Assembly (NCBI GenBank): GCA_036159515.1
Contig: JAYYEV010000043.1
Coordinates: forward strand, 8,795-72,794
Origin: Bacteroidota bacterium
GTDB taxonomy: Bacteria; Bacteroidota; Bacteroidia; Flavobacteriales_D; Parvicellaceae
Direction of reading: 5' to 3'
DNA: 64,000 nucleotides
Shown here in pieces: positions 54,507-64,000 of this stretch (positions within the stretch are counted from its first letter, which is position 1; each line of letters starts with the position of its first letter). The position numbers and the translations under genes were made by a program. Under the pieces are notes generated by a model. The model made no database searches. It was not told the origin of the DNA and saw nothing but the letters and a program-made list of their open reading frames with translations.

Positions 54507-57257
54507 TTAATGCGCTTCAAGCCAGTTTTCTCCAACCCCTATTTCAATTTTTAAAGGAACATTAAAATCTATAGCATGGGTCATCTTATCTTGGACTAAT
54601 TTTATTAATTCACTTTCTTCTTCTTTTGCCATATCAAACACCAGTTCATCATGGACTTGAAGCAACAGCTTTGATCTCATTTTAGCTTTTATCATTTCTT
54701 TGTGTATATCGATCATCGCCATTTTTATTATATCTGCTGCACTACCTTGTATAGGTGCGTTAATAGCATTTCGTTCATCAAAACCTCTCATGGTAGCATT
54801 ACCACTATTGATATTATGTAGAAAACGTTTTCGTTTTAAAATAGTTTCCACATAGCCCAATTTTTTGGCCTTTTCAATGTTATTTTCCATATATTCTTTT
54901 ACGAGAGGAAATTCTTTAAAATAGTTATCTATGATCAATTTACTCTCAGATCTTTTTATGCCTAAGCGTTGGGATAATCCAAATGCAGATATGCCATAAA
55001 TAATTCCAAAGTTTACCATTTTAGCTTTATTCCTCATTTCTTTATCAACCTCCTCAGTAGTGGATTGGAATATTTTTGCAGCCGTCTCCGTATGAATATC
55101 TCTATTGTTTTTAAAGGCATTTATCATAGATTCATCTTTGCTCAACCCAGCGATTATTCGCAATTCAATTTGTGAATAATCTGCACAAAGAATTAAATGG
55201 TTGGAATCTTTTGGACAAAAAGCCTTTCTTATTTCTTTTCCGAGTGCAGTTCTGACAGGTATATTTTGAAGGTTGGGCCCCGTAGAACTTAATCTTCCTG
55301 TGGCTGTCACAGATTGCATGTAGTTAGTATGCACTCTATTTGTTTTGGGTTCTATGAGTTTTGGAAGTGCGTCCACATAGGTAGTTAGTAATTTTTTTTG
55401 TGTACGATATTGAAGTACATGATCAATGATGGTATGCTTACCTTTTAACTTGAGTAGAGTAGCTTCGTCTGTTTTAAATTGACCTGTTTTTGTTTTTTTA
55501 GCCTTTTCATCCAGTTTTAGATGTCCAAATAAAATTTCTCCTAGTTGTTTGGGAGAGTCAATATTGAAAGTAGTTCCCGCTTCTTGAAACATTCTTTCTT
55601 GTAACGTATTTAGGTTTTGATTGAGAAGCTGAGAAAATGCTTCGAGTTCCTGCGTATTAATACTAATACCCGCTCTTTCCATATGAAAAAGTACCTCAAT
55701 TAAGGGCATCTCTACTTTTTCAAAAAGAGATTCTAGCTTCAAGGATTTTAGTTTTGTTTTGAAATCCAAGTAAAGTTGATATGTGAGGTCAGCATCTTCT
55801 GCGGCGTAATCTTTTAGCTGTTCGGTGGGAACATCGCTCATATTAATTTGTTGTCTCTTTTTTTCACCAATTAAATCCTCAATAGGTATAGGATTATAAT
55901 TTAGTACTGTTCTTGACAAATGGTCAAGGTTATGTCTTTGTTCTGCATCAATTAAATAATGAGCGATCATGGTATCGAAAATTGGACCCTCAATATGAAT
56001 GCCGTTTTCAAATAACACGCCGAGGTCGAACTTAAGATTATGTGCTATCTTAATGCTATTAGATTTAAAAAAAGGTTGGTAGAGTTTTAAAATTTCGTGA
56101 TTATTATCGTGACTTAAATCGCAATAGAACCCTTCGTTAGCCTTGAATGAAAACGAAATCCCTAGTAATTTAGCTTCATTAATTTTAAGAGATGTGGTTT
56201 CCGTATCAAAAGAAACAGTCTTCTCCTTTGATAGCTGTTCAATAAAATTTATGTGTTCTTGTTTAGAGCTAATCAGTTGGTAATTTTTTTGGACGGACTG
56301 TATAGAATCCAATTTCTTTTCTTCCTCTTTTATTTCGGCTTCCGTCATCGATCCAAAAAGATCCATTTGTTTTTCTTGAATAATGGGTTTTCCCAAAATC
56401 CGTTTACCTAGCTGATTAAATTCAAGGTGTTGTAATAGCTTGATGAGTTCTTTTTCATTCACTTCTTTTCTTGAAAATGCTGACTCATCAAATTCAACGG
56501 GACAATCTAAAATAATAGTGGCAAGCTGTTTGGATAATATAGCCTGCTCTGCATAATTTTCTACATTTTCTTTTAATTTCCCCTTCAAATCATGGGTATT
56601 TTTGATAAGGTTTTCTATGCTTCCATAGCTTGAAATTAATTTTTTAGCTGTTTTTTCTCCTACTCCTGGAACTCCTGGTATATTATCTACAGCATCGCCC
56701 CACAATCCAAGGATATCGATAACTTGTAAGGGATCCTTCACTTCAAATTTTTCACACACTTCTTTTGGTCCTAGAATTTCACTTGGGTTACCAGAACGAC
56801 CAGGCTTGTAAATAAAAATATGATCAGATACTAATTGCCCAAAATCTTTATCGGGAGTCATCATGTATGTCTCAAACCCCTTTTTTTCGGCTTGTTTGGC
56901 TAACGTGCCAATTACATCGTCAGCTTCAAATCCTTCCTCCATTTCTACCTTAATGTTCATGGCTTTTAGCAGGTCAAAAATATGAGGTATTGCTTTTCTT
57001 ATATCTTCAGGCATTTCTTGTCTATTTGCCTTGTAATCCGCAAAAACACCCTCTCTATCTGATCCTCCGGGGGGGTCAAAAACCACACCTATGTGAGAGG
57101 GGTCAAATTTATTGATTACTTCCAATAAACTATTGCAGAAACCAAAAATCGCGGAGGTGTTTAGCCCCTTTGAATTTATTCTAGGGTTTTTTATAAATGC
57201 AAAGTGTGCTCTGTATATTAAGGCATATGCGTCTAATAAAATAAGTTTTTTTGACAT
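54507..57257 (-). CDS. polA: DNA polymerase I
   Basis: 916 aa. It has the 5'-3' exonuclease N-domain (LLDAYALIYRAHFA, GVPGVGEKTA), the 3'-5' exo region (FDTETTSL), and Pol A motifs (DYSQIELR, RNKAKMVNFGIIYG, QVHDELVF). Confidence 0.97.
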   Translation of the reverse strand: MSKKLILLDAYALIYRAHFAFIKNPRINSKGLNTSAIFGFCNSLLEVINKFDPSHIGVVFDPPGGSDREGVFADYKANRQEMPEDIRKAIPHIFDLLKAMNIKVEMEEGFEADDVIGTLAKQAEKKGFETYMMTPDKDFGQLVSDHIFIYKPGRSGNPSEILGPKEVCEKFEVKDPLQVIDILGLWGDAVDNIPGVPGVGEKTAKKLISSYGSIENLIKNTHDLKGKLKENVENYAEQAILSKQLATIILDCPVEFDESAFSRKEVNEKELIKLLQHLEFNQLGKRILGKPIIQEKQMDLFGSMTEAEIKEEEKKLDSIQSVQKNYQLISSKQEHINFIEQLSKEKTVSFDTETTSLKINEAKLLGISFSFKANEGFYCDLSHDNNHEILKLYQPFFKSNSIKIAHNLKFDLGVLFENGIHIEGPIFDTMIAHYLIDAEQRHNLDHLSRTVLNYNPIPIEDLIGEKKRQQINMSDVPTEQLKDYAAEDADLTYQLYLDFKTKLKSLKLESLFEKVEMPLIEVLFHMERAGISINTQELEAFSQLLNQNLNTLQERMFQEAGTTFNIDSPKQLGEILFGHLKLDEKAKKTKTGQFKTDEATLLKLKGKHTIIDHVLQYRTQKKLLTTYVDALPKLIEPKTNRVHTNYMQSVTATGRLSSTGPNLQNIPVRTALGKEIRKAFCPKDSNHLILCADYSQIELRIIAGLSKDESMINAFKNNRDIHTETAAKIFQSTTEEVDKEMRNKAKMVNFGIIYGISAFGLSQRLGIKRSESKLIIDNYFKEFPLVKEYMENNIEKAKKLGYVETILKRKRFLHNINSGNATMRGFDERNAINAPIQGSAADIIKMAMIDIHKEMIKAKMRSKLLLQVHDELVFDMAKEEESELIKLVQDKMTHAIDFNVPLKIEIGVGENWLEAH

Positions 57258-57262
57258 TTTAT

Positions 57263-58291
57263 TTACTGATTATATAGGTAATCTAAAACCGTTTGTCCAA
57301 CAGCCTTTAGTGTAGGCTTGTAAATGATCTCCATGTTATCGGCATGCGTATGATGAAAATGACCAAAATCAAATCTGCCAGAGTAAGGTCGGATATCGTA
57401 GTGGATTATATCAATAACCGGAATTTTTGCTATTTGATTGATGTAGGTGTGATCATCAGTTAAGGGTGGAGCAATTTTTTTTTGAAAATATTTTCCAAAA
57501 CCCAGATGCTCGCCAAGTTTCCATACTTTATTTAGATGAAAGCCCGCAAACCTTCTAGATATTTCTTCTTTTGGAAAAACTGCATTTTCAGCTCCTACCA
57601 TATCCAATAAAATTCCAAAATTGGGCCTTTTGTAATCGGGATTTAAATTGTAGCTCCAATATTGTGATCCTAAGCACCACGTGTCGTTCATGCTTTGTAA
57701 ATCAAAAAAACCATTGGTTTGTTGTGGTGCCCCATAATCTTCTACATCAAAAAATAAAAATTCAACACAGATGTCTAAAGAATCTTTGGATATTGCTCTA
57801 GCAATCTCGAGCAGTACACCCACTCCGCTGGCCCCGTCATTAGCGCCTAAGATAGGTTTAGTTTTATTCACACTATCTCTGTCGGCAAAGGGTCTAGTAT
57901 CCCAATGTGCGCAGAGAAGTACCTTTTTATCTGCATTTGGATTAATTGTTCCTGAAATATTTCTAAGTGGTAATTTACTCATGTTAAATGCGGTTACTTC
58001 ACCTATTTGTTCTGTGGTTTTAATTTGGTAAGAATTTAATTTTTTCACTAGCCAGTCTCCACAGGCGATGTGGTTTGCAGTATTAGGAATTCTGGGACCA
58101 AATGACACTTGCTTTTCAATAAAACTGTAGGCAGAGTCAGCATTAAAATTTGGACCCTTATTCCAAACTTCTTTTTTGGGCTTTACATTAATCGGGTTGT
58201 GCTTTTCATTGTTTTGATTGGAACAACTGTAGTTAATCATTCCAAAAATTAGAACAATTGTTATTGTAATAAAATTAAAGTTTTGACGCAT
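57263..58291 (-). CDS. M28 family lipoprotein, probable animal-type glutaminyl-peptide cyclotransferase
   Basis: 342 aa. The lipobox is MINYSC. Motifs are LLCAHWDTRPFADRD, GANDGASGVGVLLEIAR and FFDVEDYG. The size and pattern fit the Bacteroidota QC group within M28. Confidence 0.65.
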   Translation of the reverse strand: MRQNFNFITITIVLIFGMINYSCSNQNNEKHNPINVKPKKEVWNKGPNFNADSAYSFIEKQVSFGPRIPNTANHIACGDWLVKKLNSYQIKTTEQIGEVTAFNMSKLPLRNISGTINPNADKKVLLCAHWDTRPFADRDSVNKTKPILGANDGASGVGVLLEIARAISKDSLDICVEFLFFDVEDYGAPQQTNGFFDLQSMNDTWCLGSQYWSYNLNPDYKRPNFGILLDMVGAENAVFPKEEISRRFAGFHLNKVWKLGEHLGFGKYFQKKIAPPLTDDHTYINQIAKIPVIDIIHYDIRPYSGRFDFGHFHHTHADNMEIIYKPTLKAVGQTVLDYLYNQ

Positions 58292-58400
58292 ACGATAAAG
58301 CTAAAATAACCAAGAACATCAAAAAAGATATTTTTTAGTTGTGTAATATTCCAATTAAAACTCGTTATTATCTAGTTTTACATTTATAAATGTGGTTTAA

Positions 58401-59897
58401 ATGAATCTCTATTCAAATAAACAAAGATGGAAACAAGTTCTCTTGTTGGCTGGATTATGTATAGTTGGACTAATCATCTGGCTTACATCTGTTATAGCTG
58501 ATAATGTAAAAAAAGCGGAGATTGAGAAGGTGCAGTTATGGAGTCAAGCCATAAAGAAAAAAGCAGAACTAGTTAGATTAACAAATGATGCATTTAATCA
58601 GTTAGCTTCAAAAGAAAGTGAAAAAGTACACATTTGGGCTCAAGCAACTAAAGAATTGGAAAAGCCTCTTGGCGATTACGGATTTGCATTACAAATTATT
58701 CAAAATAACAAAGATATCCCCCTTATTTTAAGAGATGGGTTAGGCCATTATGTTTCACATAAAAACATGAAATTAGACCCCGAAGACACCAATCTGATTG
58801 ATTCTCTATGTAGCTCATGGGGTGCTCAAAACAGTCCAATAGAAATAAATTATTTTGAAAATCGTAGACAAAAAATTTTTTATACCAATTCTGCCAACTA
58901 TTTCAAGCTAGAAGTATTAAGAGATTCATTATTAGATGCTTTTTCCGATGAAATCATGAATAATATAGCTCAGTTACCGGTCATATTTTGGAGTGATGAA
59001 GGAGATTCTTTAATTGCATCAAATACGGTAAACTTTGATACTCCAAGAGACGAAATGCTAAAGCAGATGAATAATATGCTTGAGGATAATTCACCAATTG
59101 AAATCGTTTTAGGTCCTGATCATAAGGGTAAAGTGTATTATAATAATTCAGCTATTTTTTTTCAATTACAGTATTTCCCCATCTTTTCTTTAGCTATAGT
59201 AGCCTTGTTTTTACTTATTGCTTACTTATCGTTTAGTTCCTTTAGAAAGGCTGAGCAGAATCAAGTTTGGGCAGGAATGGCTAAGGAAACAGCTCATCAA
59301 TTGGGAACCCCGTTGTCATCACTCCAGGGATGGATTACCCTTTTAAAAGAAGAGGGAGTCGAACACGAAGCATTTAATGAGATGGAAAAAGATATTAACC
59401 GACTAACTATAGTATCTGATCGATTCTCTAAAATTGGATCTAAGGTAGAGACAAATTCAACTAATATGGTTCAGTTTTTCCATGACTATATAGAATACAT
59501 GAAAAAAAGAATACCATCTACTATTGAATTAAAAGTATCCTTTAGCCATGAACAAATTTTTGCAGATATTAACCCCTCTTTGTTTAGTTGGGTAATTGAA
59601 AATTTACTTAAGAATGCGGCAGATGCAATGCAGGGAAAAGGAGTTGTTGAAGTTCAAATTAATAAAGATAATTCAGCAACGTCTATTTTAATTATAGATA
59701 GCGGTAAAGGCATACAATCCCACGTTCAAAAAAATATATTTGAACCTGGTTACACTACAAAAGATCGAGGATGGGGGCTTGGATTATCTTTGGTAAAACG
59801 AATTGTAGAAGGACATCACAAGGGAAAAGTTAGCGTTAAGTCTAGTAAATTAGATAAAGGAACTACTTTTGAAGTAGTGCTTCCAAACCTTAAATAA
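58401..59897 (+). CDS. Sensor histidine kinase (TM - extracytoplasmic domain - TM - HisKA - HATPase_c), with no adjacent response regulator
   Basis: 498 aa. The H-box is KETAHQLGTPLSSL, the N-box LLKNAADAM, G1 DSGKGI and G2 GWGLGLS. Confidence 0.8.
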   Translation: MNLYSNKQRWKQVLLLAGLCIVGLIIWLTSVIADNVKKAEIEKVQLWSQAIKKKAELVRLTNDAFNQLASKESEKVHIWAQATKELEKPLGDYGFALQIIQNNKDIPLILRDGLGHYVSHKNMKLDPEDTNLIDSLCSSWGAQNSPIEINYFENRRQKIFYTNSANYFKLEVLRDSLLDAFSDEIMNNIAQLPVIFWSDEGDSLIASNTVNFDTPRDEMLKQMNNMLEDNSPIEIVLGPDHKGKVYYNNSAIFFQLQYFPIFSLAIVALFLLIAYLSFSSFRKAEQNQVWAGMAKETAHQLGTPLSSLQGWITLLKEEGVEHEAFNEMEKDINRLTIVSDRFSKIGSKVETNSTNMVQFFHDYIEYMKKRIPSTIELKVSFSHEQIFADINPSLFSWVIENLLKNAADAMQGKGVVEVQINKDNSATSILIIDSGKGIQSHVQKNIFEPGYTTKDRGWGLGLSLVKRIVEGHHKGKVSVKSSKLDKGTTFEVVLPNLK

Positions 59898-59923
59898 TTA
59901 TATTTCAAAAACAATAAGAAGTA

Positions 59924-61255
59924 ATGAATCGGATTTTCAGTTTTGTGCTAAGATTTCTTTTTTTAGTTTCTATTTTGAATTTTCCTTACAATTTTTTGGC
60001 AAAAAATAATCTTCAAATTGATAACGAAAGAAATGTAATCAATCAGTTAGAAACAGAAATTCACAAACAAGATTTTATAATTGCATTTGTTGTTTTTTTA
60101 TTCTTTCTCTTAATTGCTTTATGGGTTTTAGGAAAGAAAAATAGGAAACTAAGGAAGATGGCCACTTTTGCAGAAAATGATCCTAATGTAGTACTAGAGC
60201 TGGATTTAGATTTTAAGTTAAAGTATTGTAATGAAGCAGCCATGAAGCATGAGAATCTGGTTGAACTGATGTATGAAAGACACCCTTCAAGAAAAAAGTT
60301 TGAGTATTTATTGGATAAGACCATCAAAAATAAAAAAACAGGTAAATACATATTTGATGAACCATTTGTATTAGACAGTACTTATTTTTCTTTGAATTTA
60401 TATGTCAATAAGGAAATGAAATTTCTAAGAGCTTACATGTCTGATATAACCGAAAAAACACTCTTACAAGAAAAAATTACAAAACAACGAGATTCTATAG
60501 TAGATAGCCTTAATTATGCTAAATATATCCAGCGTTCATTATTGCCTGATGTCAAAAAGATGGAAAATTATTTTGGGGAAAATTTAATTTATTCCATGCC
60601 AAAAGATATTGTTGGTGGAGATTTTTATTGGTTTAAAACATTTGGAGAAAAAGCAATTTTGATTGCTGCAGATTGTACAGGCCATGGAGTCCCTGGTGGA
60701 TTTATTACCATGCTAGGAAGTTTATTGATAGAAACTTCTACTGGAGAAAATATTAAATCCCCTGAAATCATTTTAAGTGATCTTAACCGTGGATTAGTAA
60801 CTCTTTTGAAGCAAGAAGAAGAAGATTCTATTCAAGATGGGATGGATTTAGCCATTTGTCTTATAGACAGGGAACAGAAGACAATTAAGTTTAGCGGTTC
60901 AAGAAATGGTATTTACATCATTCATAATGATGGTAACATTTCAAATTTTAGTGGGGATTCAGTACCTGTTGGAGGTGTGTATTCTAAAAGACATAATCCG
61001 CTTGACCGTGAATATGAAATGCACGAAATTAACCTAAAAGAAAATGATTGGGTTTTTATGTATAGTGATGGATTCTATGATCAATTCGGAGGGCCAAAAA
61101 ATAAATCTATGGGTAGTAGCCGATTTAAAAACTATTTAAAAGAGGCTGTGCTAACCCAAAAAACTACTTCTTATGAGATGAATCAATTCTTCAATGAATG
61201 GAAAGGTACTCATGAACAGATAGATGATGTACTGGTAATCGGATTTAAACTTTAA
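59924..61255 (+). CDS. Membrane-anchored PP2C/SpoIIE-family serine phosphatase with a PAS-like middle region
   Basis: 443 aa with a signal/TM and a second TM. SpoIIE motifs are GGDFYWF, AADCTGHGVPG, DGMDLA, SDGFYDQFGG and DDVLVIGFK. Confidence 0.8.
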   Translation: MNRIFSFVLRFLFLVSILNFPYNFLAKNNLQIDNERNVINQLETEIHKQDFIIAFVVFLFFLLIALWVLGKKNRKLRKMATFAENDPNVVLELDLDFKLKYCNEAAMKHENLVELMYERHPSRKKFEYLLDKTIKNKKTGKYIFDEPFVLDSTYFSLNLYVNKEMKFLRAYMSDITEKTLLQEKITKQRDSIVDSLNYAKYIQRSLLPDVKKMENYFGENLIYSMPKDIVGGDFYWFKTFGEKAILIAADCTGHGVPGGFITMLGSLLIETSTGENIKSPEIILSDLNRGLVTLLKQEEEDSIQDGMDLAICLIDREQKTIKFSGSRNGIYIIHNDGNISNFSGDSVPVGGVYSKRHNPLDREYEMHEINLKENDWVFMYSDGFYDQFGGPKNKSMGSSRFKNYLKEAVLTQKTTSYEMNQFFNEWKGTHEQIDDVLVIGFKL

Positions 61256-61300
61256 GCATATCGAAGTTTAGTATAATCGACTTTTATTTATTAGTTTTTA

Positions 61301-61308
61301 TACATTTG
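61301..61308 (+). promoter_or_regulatory. Candidate -7 box (TACATTTG) for the aldehyde dehydrogenase gene
   Basis: It matches TAnnTTTG 41 nt upstream of ATG 61350. Confidence 0.35.
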
Positions 61309-61349
61309 CGCCAAAATTCTACAACACTTAACTATCACATTTTTACATT

Positions 61350-62885
61350 ATGAATATTCAAAGTATTTTATCCTCTTTAGGAGTTGAATCAAAAAACAGT
61401 GGTGCTGCTATTGGGGCCAATTGGTTAACTACTAGTGGTAACACCATTTCATCATTTTCACCAGTAGATGGCAATTTAATTGGTGAAGTGACTGCAGCAA
61501 ATGAAAAAGATTATGAAGATTGTATTCGTTCAGCACAGGAAGCATTTGTGGATTGGCGTATGGTTCCTGCACCTCAAAGAGGTGAAATAGTCAGGCAATT
61601 TGGAGATGCTTTAAGAGCTAAAAAGGAAGATTTAGGGGCATTGGTTTCCTATGAAATGGGAAAATCTTATCAAGAAGGATTAGGAGAAGTTCAAGAAATG
61701 ATTGATATCTGCGATTTTGCGGTGGGCCTTTCAAGACAACTTCACGGATTAACCATGCATTCAGAACGTCCACTACACAGAATGTACGAGCAATATCACC
61801 CACTTGGAATAGTTGGAATTATCTCAGCTTTTAATTTTCCAGTTGCCGTATGGGCCTGGAATACGGCTCTAGCTTGGATTTGTGGCGATGTTTGCATTTG
61901 GAAGCCATCAGAAAAGGCTCCTTTATGTGCTATTGCGTGTCAAAAAATAATGGCTGAGGTATTGAAGAATAATAATCTACACGGTGGAATTTGCACCTTG
62001 GTTATTGGAGAGGCTGAATTGGGTAAAATAATGGCGGCCGATAAGAGAATTCCATTAGTTTCAGCTACGGGCTCTACCAGAATGGGAAAATCAGTAGGCC
62101 AAGTAGTTGGAGAAAGATTAGGAAAATCATTGCTTGAACTAGGGGGTAATAATGCTGTTATTCTTACTCCAGATGCAGACCTTAAAATGGTTATTCCTGC
62201 ACTAGTATTTGGTGCAGTTGGTACAACTGGACAGAGATGTACATCAACAAGAAGGTTAATTATACATGAAAGTATTTATGAGAATGTAAAGCAAGCTATG
62301 GTAAGTGCTTACAAACAACTTAAGATTGGTAATCCATTAGATGAAACTAATCACGTTGGCCCATTAATCGATAAAGATGCTGTTGAGATGTATGAAAATG
62401 CCATTGAATCTGCTAAAGAAGAGGGTGGTAACGTAATTGTAGAAGGTGGAAAATTATCTGGTGAAGGATATGAAAGTAACTGTTATGTTAAGCCTGTTAT
62501 CATCGAAGCTGAAAACCAATTCCAAATTGTCCAACATGAAACTTTTGCACCCATTCTATACTTACTTAAATATAGTGGGGATGTGAATGAAGCTATTGCA
62601 ATTCAAAATAATGTTCCTCAAGGGCTTTCATCTGCGATTATGACCACAAATATGAGAGAGCAAGAAGCATTTTTATCTCATGCTGGTTCAGATTGTGGCA
62701 TCGCTAACGTGAATATAGGCACTTCTGGTGCTGAAATTGGAGGAGCATTTGGAGGAGAAAAAGAAACAGGAGGAGGAAGAGAATCGGGATCGGATGCTTG
62801 GAAAATTTACATGAGAAGACAAACCAATACCATTAACTGGGGAACCTCTCTTCCATTAGCACAAGGGATAAAGTTTGAGATTTAA
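61350..62885 (+). CDS. Aldehyde dehydrogenase, ALDH7/antiquitin-like (L-piperideine-6-carboxylate / alpha-aminoadipic semialdehyde dehydrogenase)
   Basis: 511 aa. Motifs are GEVQEMIDICDFAVGLSRQL, ELGGNNA (catalytic Glu region), GTTGQRCTSTRR (catalytic Cys) and ETFAPILY. Confidence 0.85.
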   Translation: MNIQSILSSLGVESKNSGAAIGANWLTTSGNTISSFSPVDGNLIGEVTAANEKDYEDCIRSAQEAFVDWRMVPAPQRGEIVRQFGDALRAKKEDLGALVSYEMGKSYQEGLGEVQEMIDICDFAVGLSRQLHGLTMHSERPLHRMYEQYHPLGIVGIISAFNFPVAVWAWNTALAWICGDVCIWKPSEKAPLCAIACQKIMAEVLKNNNLHGGICTLVIGEAELGKIMAADKRIPLVSATGSTRMGKSVGQVVGERLGKSLLELGGNNAVILTPDADLKMVIPALVFGAVGTTGQRCTSTRRLIIHESIYENVKQAMVSAYKQLKIGNPLDETNHVGPLIDKDAVEMYENAIESAKEEGGNVIVEGGKLSGEGYESNCYVKPVIIEAENQFQIVQHETFAPILYLLKYSGDVNEAIAIQNNVPQGLSSAIMTTNMREQEAFLSHAGSDCGIANVNIGTSGAEIGGAFGGEKETGGGRESGSDAWKIYMRRQTNTINWGTSLPLAQGIKFEI

Positions 62886-63856
62886 TTGTAGCCTAAGCTA
62901 ATTCTAACACGTTCTAAGGTGGCTTTGGCCACCTTTTTTGCTTTTTGAGCACCCTCCATAAGTACTTCCTCTACTTCCTTGGGGTTGTTTTGGTAATGCT
63001 CAAATTTTGCTCTTTCTTCTGAGAATGAAGAAACTACTTTTTCTAATAATTCTTTCTTGGCGTGCCCCCATCCATATCCACCAGCTTTTAATTTATCGGA
63101 CATTGTTTTAGCTTCTTCATCAGAAGCTAATAATTTATAAAGCTGGTATACTGTTGCACTATTAGGGTCTTTGGGTTCTTCTAAAGGAGTATTGTCGGTA
63201 ATTATATTTTTATTAATTAATTTCTTTATGGCATTTTCAGTATCGAATACATCAATGGTGTTGTTTCTAGATTTACTCATTTTTTCGCCATCAGTACCTA
63301 ATATGAGTTGAGCATCTTGTTGCAGAATGGGTTCTGGAAGTACAAAAATTTCACCGTGTTTATGATTAATACGTGAGGCTACATCGCGAGTCATTTCTAG
63401 GTGTTGTAATTGATCTTTTCCTACAGGAACAAAATCGGCATCATAGAGCAAGATGTCAGATGCCATTAGCATGGGGTAAGCAAATAGACCAGAATTTACA
63501 TCTTCCAATCGGTCTGATTTATCTTTAAAAGAATGAGCTAATTTGAGTCTTTGATAGGGGAAATAGCAATTTAAGTACCATGCAAGCTCTGTACATTCTA
63601 CTACATCTGATTGCCTGTAAAAAGTAGTTTTATTGGGATCTAGACCACAAGCCAACCATGTGGCTGCTACTTGAAACGTGTTGTTTTTTAACGTTTCTTT
63701 ATCTTTGAGTTGAGTAAGTGAATGCAAGTCAGCAATGAATAAGAAAGAATCATTATTAGCTTCGTTAGCTAATTCTATAGCTGGCTTTATAGCCCCTAAT
63801 ATATTTCCTAAATGAGGTCTTCCAGTACTTTGTATTCCAGTAAGAATTCTTGCCAT
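62882..63856 (-). CDS. trpS: Tryptophan--tRNA ligase
   Basis: 324 aa. The HIGH-type motif is TGRPHLGN and the KMSKS motif is EKMSKS. GxDQ is also present (VGKDQLQHLE). Confidence 0.95.
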   Translation of the reverse strand: MARILTGIQSTGRPHLGNILGAIKPAIELANEANNDSFLFIADLHSLTQLKDKETLKNNTFQVAATWLACGLDPNKTTFYRQSDVVECTELAWYLNCYFPYQRLKLAHSFKDKSDRLEDVNSGLFAYPMLMASDILLYDADFVPVGKDQLQHLEMTRDVASRINHKHGEIFVLPEPILQQDAQLILGTDGEKMSKSRNNTIDVFDTENAIKKLINKNIITDNTPLEEPKDPNSATVYQLYKLLASDEEAKTMSDKLKAGGYGWGHAKKELLEKVVSSFSEERAKFEHYQNNPKEVEEVLMEGAQKAKKVAKATLERVRISLGYN

Positions 63857-64000
63857 TTTAATTATTAATTCTAAATTTTAAAGTTTAAACTTAGACAGAA
63901 ATTTAATATCCTTAGCTTCATAAAGTTGAAAAAATTACAATCATACTTGTATTACTTCTATTTTGCCTTAGTATATATCCTATTCTCTTTTATTTTGGGG

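Noticed and set aside
58380-58393. A perfect 14-bp palindrome ACATTTATAAATGT just before the histidine kinase ATG.
   Set aside because: It is pure A/T-rich sequence in an AT-rich genome, so chance occurrence is plausible. It is kept only as a note within the HK-PP2C finding.

Overview
This is an AT-rich (about one-third G+C by eye), very gene-dense chromosomal segment. It reads as core genome of a Bacteroidota bacterium, most like Flavobacteriia. Supporting signals are type IX secretion and gliding markers (a PorZ-like propeller protein, GldH, one type-A and one type-B CTD cargo protein), TAnnTTTG -7 promoter boxes, many lipoproteins, and Gln at +1 after nearly every predicted signal-peptidase-I site. 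I call about 62 CDS, 2 tRNAs (Arg-UCG, Phe-GAA), four clear intrinsic terminators and a few promoter boxes.

Most genes are housekeeping: holB, ricT/PSP1, hflX, pheT, pheS, gpmI, dut, pyk, gatA, tatA, polA, trpS, an ALDH7-type dehydrogenase, and M20, M23, M28 and M42 peptidases. I see no CRISPR array, transposase or IS, integrase, prophage genes, or recognisable defence genes (nuclease, helicase, TIR or SIR2 types).

I do not find a convincing large novel system. The best second-look candidates are:
- a two-gene cassette at 37.8-38.5 kb: an unknown 103-aa protein plus a stand-alone HIRAN-like protein, behind a perfect 17-bp palindrome;
- a three-gene operon of uncharacterised envelope proteins at 13.9-16.8 kb;
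- an orphan histidine kinase paired with a membrane PP2C phosphatase at 58.4-61.3 kb.

All family calls come from motif recognition by eye. No database search was run.
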